NCBI GenBank assembly: GCA_026985995.1
Contig: JALSPJ010000131.1
Location: 1-36,979 of the forward strand
DNA: 36,979 nucleotides
Origin: Anaerolineales bacterium
Lineage (GTDB): Bacteria > Chloroflexota > Anaerolineae > Anaerolineales > DRMV01
Direction: 5' to 3'
Shown here: piece after piece, positions 34,064 to 36,979 of the stretch
Numbering within the stretch: the first letter of the stretch is position 1
Layout: every line of letters starts with the position of its first letter
Program-made: the position numbers and the translations under genes
The notes under the pieces: generated by a model
What the model saw: the letters and a program-made list of their open reading frames with translations, nothing else
The model's database searches: none
What the model was told of the DNA's origin: nothing

Positions 34064-34170
34064 CACACGTTCACACGGAGACACCGAGAACACGGAGAGA
34101 ATAATTTTTCCCGCTTCTCAGTGTTCCCCGTGCCTCTGTGTGATTTTATGCGTACTTGGAAAAGCCCTGG
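34064..34170. repeat. Partial relative of the 24311-24433 element
   Basis: CACACGGAGACACCGAGAACACGGAG ... CTCAGTGTTCCCCGTGCCTCTGTGTG imperfect inverted repeat followed by CTTGGAAAAGCCCTGG. Confidence 0.65.
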
Positions 34171-34201
34171 CTGAGCGCGACCCTGGTCCTTCGCGAGGGA
34201 G

Positions 34202-36076
34202 TTACGGCGTGGGGGTCGGCGTGGGGCTGGGCGTGGGGGTGCCCGGCGCCAGCCATTGGGGCACGGCCCACACTTTTTCGGGATACAGCTGGGCCATGGC
34301 CGCTTCCCACGAGAGCCCCTGCCGCAGCACGAAGATGTTGAAGCGGGCCGCGGGCAAAAAGCCCCGCCAATACGACAGCGCGGGCAGCCGTTCCCAGCCA
34401 TAGGCCTCGGCCAGGGCCGTGAAGTCGAGCCAGTCGCCCGGCGGCGGCTGCGGGGCCCACGCGCCCCCGGCGGTATACGCCCGGGGGTCCAGGGGGTCCA
34501 GCCGGGCCGCGAAGTCCCACGGCAGACCGCGCAAAGGGCGCCCCTGGCCGCCTTCCCGCACCCGCACGAACACCCGCCAGTAAGTGTCGGGGCCGTAGTC
34601 TTCTCGCAGCACCACCATGTCGCCGCTGTCGAGCAGGCCCGGGTCCAGGGCAAAGGCCCGCCCCGTGCTCAGCCAGTGCTGCTCCAAGGGGATGGCCTGG
34701 GGGTTGGTGAAGGGCACGAACAGGGTCAACGGCCCGGCCAGCAGGTCCCAGCCCAGGCGCTCCCGCGTCGCGGCCCGCAGCGCGTCGAAGGCCTCGTTGG
34801 CCGCGTCGCTCAGGAAGGGGTAGGGCGCTTCCACATCCGCGATGCGCACCGTCACCGTGCGGCCGGCCGGCACATCCTGGGGGTGGACGACCACAGGCAC
34901 CCACAGAGGCGTTGGGGTGATGCGGGCCGCGCGGGCCAGGGTTTCGGGCAGGGGGCCTTGCAGCCCTGTGACCCCCACGGCCCAGCCATAGGCCCGGCCC
35001 GGCAGCGGGATGAGGGGCAGGGCCAGCCCCGCGGGCCAGCGGTAGAGGGTGAAGAAATCGCCCTCGGGCCGGCGCACCACCACGGCCAGCTGCTCGCCAT
35101 CGGGCATCCAGCGCACCATGCTGCCTTCGCCCACGGCCACCGGGGGCGCGTCGGGATGCAGCGCATCCCACACCCGCACCTGGCTCAACCCGTCCTTACG
35201 CTGGGCCCAGGCCAGAAAACGCCCGTTGGGGGCCCAGTGGGGTTCCCCCACCACCACCCCGGCCTCGGGGTCGCTCACCTGGTGGAAGCGTTCCACCTCG
35301 GGCCGGTCCAAATCCGCGACCCACACCTGCGGGGTTCCCCCCCGGGTGGAAACGAAGGCCACCAGGCGGCCCTGAGCCGACCACGAAGGGCCATAATCCG
35401 CGGCCGGGTCGTGGGTCAGGCGCAGGGGCGTGTCGTCGATGCCCTGCACCTGGCGCAGGAAAATCTCCAGATGGCCGTCGTCGGTGTAGCCTTCGTAGGC
35501 CATCCACACCCCATCGGGTGAGAGCGCGGCCGCGGCCTGATAGCCCGGTTCCCAGGTGAGGCGGGTGGTGCGGCCGGTTCCCAGGTCGAAGAGGTACAAA
35601 TCCCACTCGCCGTTGGGGTTGGCGGCCAGCAGCAAATGGCGCCCGCCGTTCACCGCGATGGGGTACAGGTGGTCGTGGGGGTGTTGGGTCAGGCGTTGCC
35701 AGCGCGCCTTTTGGGGGTGATAGGCGAACAGCTGCACCCAGGGGCCGTCTTGCAAGGCGAAGACCAGCACGCCCTCTTCGGGCTTGAGGGCTGGGGGAAC
35801 CGCGGTGGGCAGCGGCGCGCTGGTGGCCGTAGCCGTGGGGATAGCCGTGGCCGTGGGGGTGGCGGAAGGCGAGGGGGTGGCCGACGGCGTGGGGGTGGCG
35901 ATGGTCGGCGTGGGTTCCAGGGGCCGGGGGGTGACGGCCAGGGCCGTTTGCCAGCGCCACCAGGCCCACCAGCCCATCAGGGCCATCAGCAGGCCCAGCA
36001 CGCTCAGGGCCAGCACGCCGCCGCAGCCGCGGCGCCATCCCGTCGTGGTGGGGGAAAGGTCCGACGAAGTCGTCAT
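34202..36076 (-). CDS. Membrane-anchored TolB-like (PD40 repeat) beta-propeller protein
   Basis: Single TM, Pro/Thr linker, repeats RLT...P.WSPDG..AF.S, unique C-terminal domain. Confidence 0.82.
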   Translation of the reverse strand: MTTSSDLSPTTTGWRRGCGGVLALSVLGLLMALMGWWAWWRWQTALAVTPRPLEPTPTIATPTPSATPSPSATPTATAIPTATATSAPLPTAVPPALKPEEGVLVFALQDGPWVQLFAYHPQKARWQRLTQHPHDHLYPIAVNGGRHLLLAANPNGEWDLYLFDLGTGRTTRLTWEPGYQAAAALSPDGVWMAYEGYTDDGHLEIFLRQVQGIDDTPLRLTHDPAADYGPSWSAQGRLVAFVSTRGGTPQVWVADLDRPEVERFHQVSDPEAGVVVGEPHWAPNGRFLAWAQRKDGLSQVRVWDALHPDAPPVAVGEGSMVRWMPDGEQLAVVVRRPEGDFFTLYRWPAGLALPLIPLPGRAYGWAVGVTGLQGPLPETLARAARITPTPLWVPVVVHPQDVPAGRTVTVRIADVEAPYPFLSDAANEAFDALRAATRERLGWDLLAGPLTLFVPFTNPQAIPLEQHWLSTGRAFALDPGLLDSGDMVVLREDYGPDTYWRVFVRVREGGQGRPLRGLPWDFAARLDPLDPRAYTAGGAWAPQPPPGDWLDFTALAEAYGWERLPALSYWRGFLPAARFNIFVLRQGLSWEAAMAQLYPEKVWAVPQWLAPGTPTPSPTPTPTP

Positions 36077-36113
36077 GCCTGCACCTCAGCAGAACACCCT
36101 GCCGCGCGCCGCG

Positions 36114-36979
36114 TCAAATGCGGCGCAGCCAGCGGGGGGCGTGGCTTTTGAGCACCCCGGCCACCCGTTTGCCCCACCCTATGGGGAACCCGTCCACCGT
36201 GACCAGGGTCCATCCGTCGGGGCCGGGGCTGGGCAGGGGGTGGCCGTGCAAGAAGGCCCGGGCCCGTTCGTCGTCGGCGGTCAGGTCCCAACGGCGTTGA
36301 GGCGGCACCTGGTCGGGGCGCAGGGCCAGGGCCAGCGCGTGGGCCGGCTCGAAGCGGCCGGGTTTGACCGTGCCCAGCCACCAGCCGAAGCGGGTCACCT
36401 TGAGGCCCTGCCAGTCGAGCGCGGCGTCGGGCACCGCGTACAGGCGGTTGCCAAACAGCCCCAAGGCCTCGGGGGGAACCGGCGCGTGGCCGCCGAGCAC
36501 CTGGTCGACGAACGCGCGCCACAGGCGGCGGGCCTGGGCCGGTAAGCGACGCCGCGGGCGCGCAGGCACGGCGGGCTCAGGGCCAGCGGTGCGGCGCAGC
36601 AGCACCACGAAATGGCCTTCGCCCGGGGCCTTGTGGGGCCACAGGCGCACCGCGTGGCGCAGGTCTGGGGGGCCTGGGGGTTGCAGCCACTCGGGCCGCC
36701 CCGGGCTGAAACCCGGCCGCGGGGGCACGGGTTCCACTTGAAAATCGGGGTGCCGGGCCAGAAAGCGGGCCACCACGCCCTCGTTTTCTTCGGGCGCGAA
36801 GGTGCAGGTGCTGTAGACCAGGTACCCGCCCGGGCGCACCAGCCGGGCCGCGGCCTGCAGCAGCTGGTGTTGCAGGCGGGCGCAGCGCTGGATGTGCTTG
36901 GGGCTCCACACCCGCCGGGCCGCGGGGTCCTTGCGGAACATACCCTCCCCGGAGCAAGGCGCATCGAGCAGCACCCGGT
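36114..36979 (-). CDS. RsmF/RsmB/NOP family rRNA m5C methyltransferase, 5' end outside the window
   Basis: LLDAPCSGEGMFRKD, LVYSTCTFAPEENE, GEGHF, GRFEPAHALA and PUA-like C-terminus characteristic of RsmF-type enzymes. Confidence 0.9.
   Translation of the reverse strand, partial: RVLLDAPCSGEGMFRKDPAARRVWSPKHIQRCARLQHQLLQAAARLVRPGGYLVYSTCTFAPEENEGVVARFLARHPDFQVEPVPPRPGFSPGRPEWLQPPGPPDLRHAVRLWPHKAPGEGHFVVLLRRTAGPEPAVPARPRRRLPAQARRLWRAFVDQVLGGHAPVPPEALGLFGNRLYAVPDAALDWQGLKVTRFGWWLGTVKPGRFEPAHALALALRPDQVPPQRRWDLTADDERARAFLHGHPLPSPGPDGWTLVTVDGFPIGWGKRVAGVLKSHAPRWLRRI

Overview
High-GC bacterial DNA. The gene families (C39/TPR membrane protein, Pro/Thr-linker surface proteins, no porin) suggest Chloroflexota, probably Anaerolineae; this is an inference. 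Ordinary housekeeping genes lie on both flanks (GNAT, meaB plus a B12-binding subunit, BMP lipoprotein, tRNA-CAT, surE, recJ on the left; EamA transporters, oxidoreductase, GT-C glycosyltransferase, TauE/SafE, sat, M24 peptidase, mutL, PD40 protein, RsmF-like methyltransferase on the right). Between them is a ~13 kb block (10334-23293) that looks like a self-contained extracellular electron transfer locus. A NarL-type two-component system is divergent from an 8-gene operon: a Cys-rich pseudo-receiver, a membrane-anchored 10-heme cytochrome c plus an FdnI/HydC-type cytochrome b (a split CbcL-like quinol oxidoreductase), membrane-anchored TPR and NHL proteins, two secreted hexaheme cytochromes with the OmcS-type heme/His motif order, and a third paralogue (5 hemes) fused to five DUF11-like Ig domains and a Pro/Thr tail. 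This is a candidate multi-subunit cytochrome nanowire system in a lineage without an outer-membrane porin in the locus. Intergenic regions carry a dispersed composite repeat (GTAG-REP doublets plus 7-, 9- and 10-mer repeats) and a small MITE-like insertion with a target-site duplication. All calls come from reading motifs by eye; no database searches were run.
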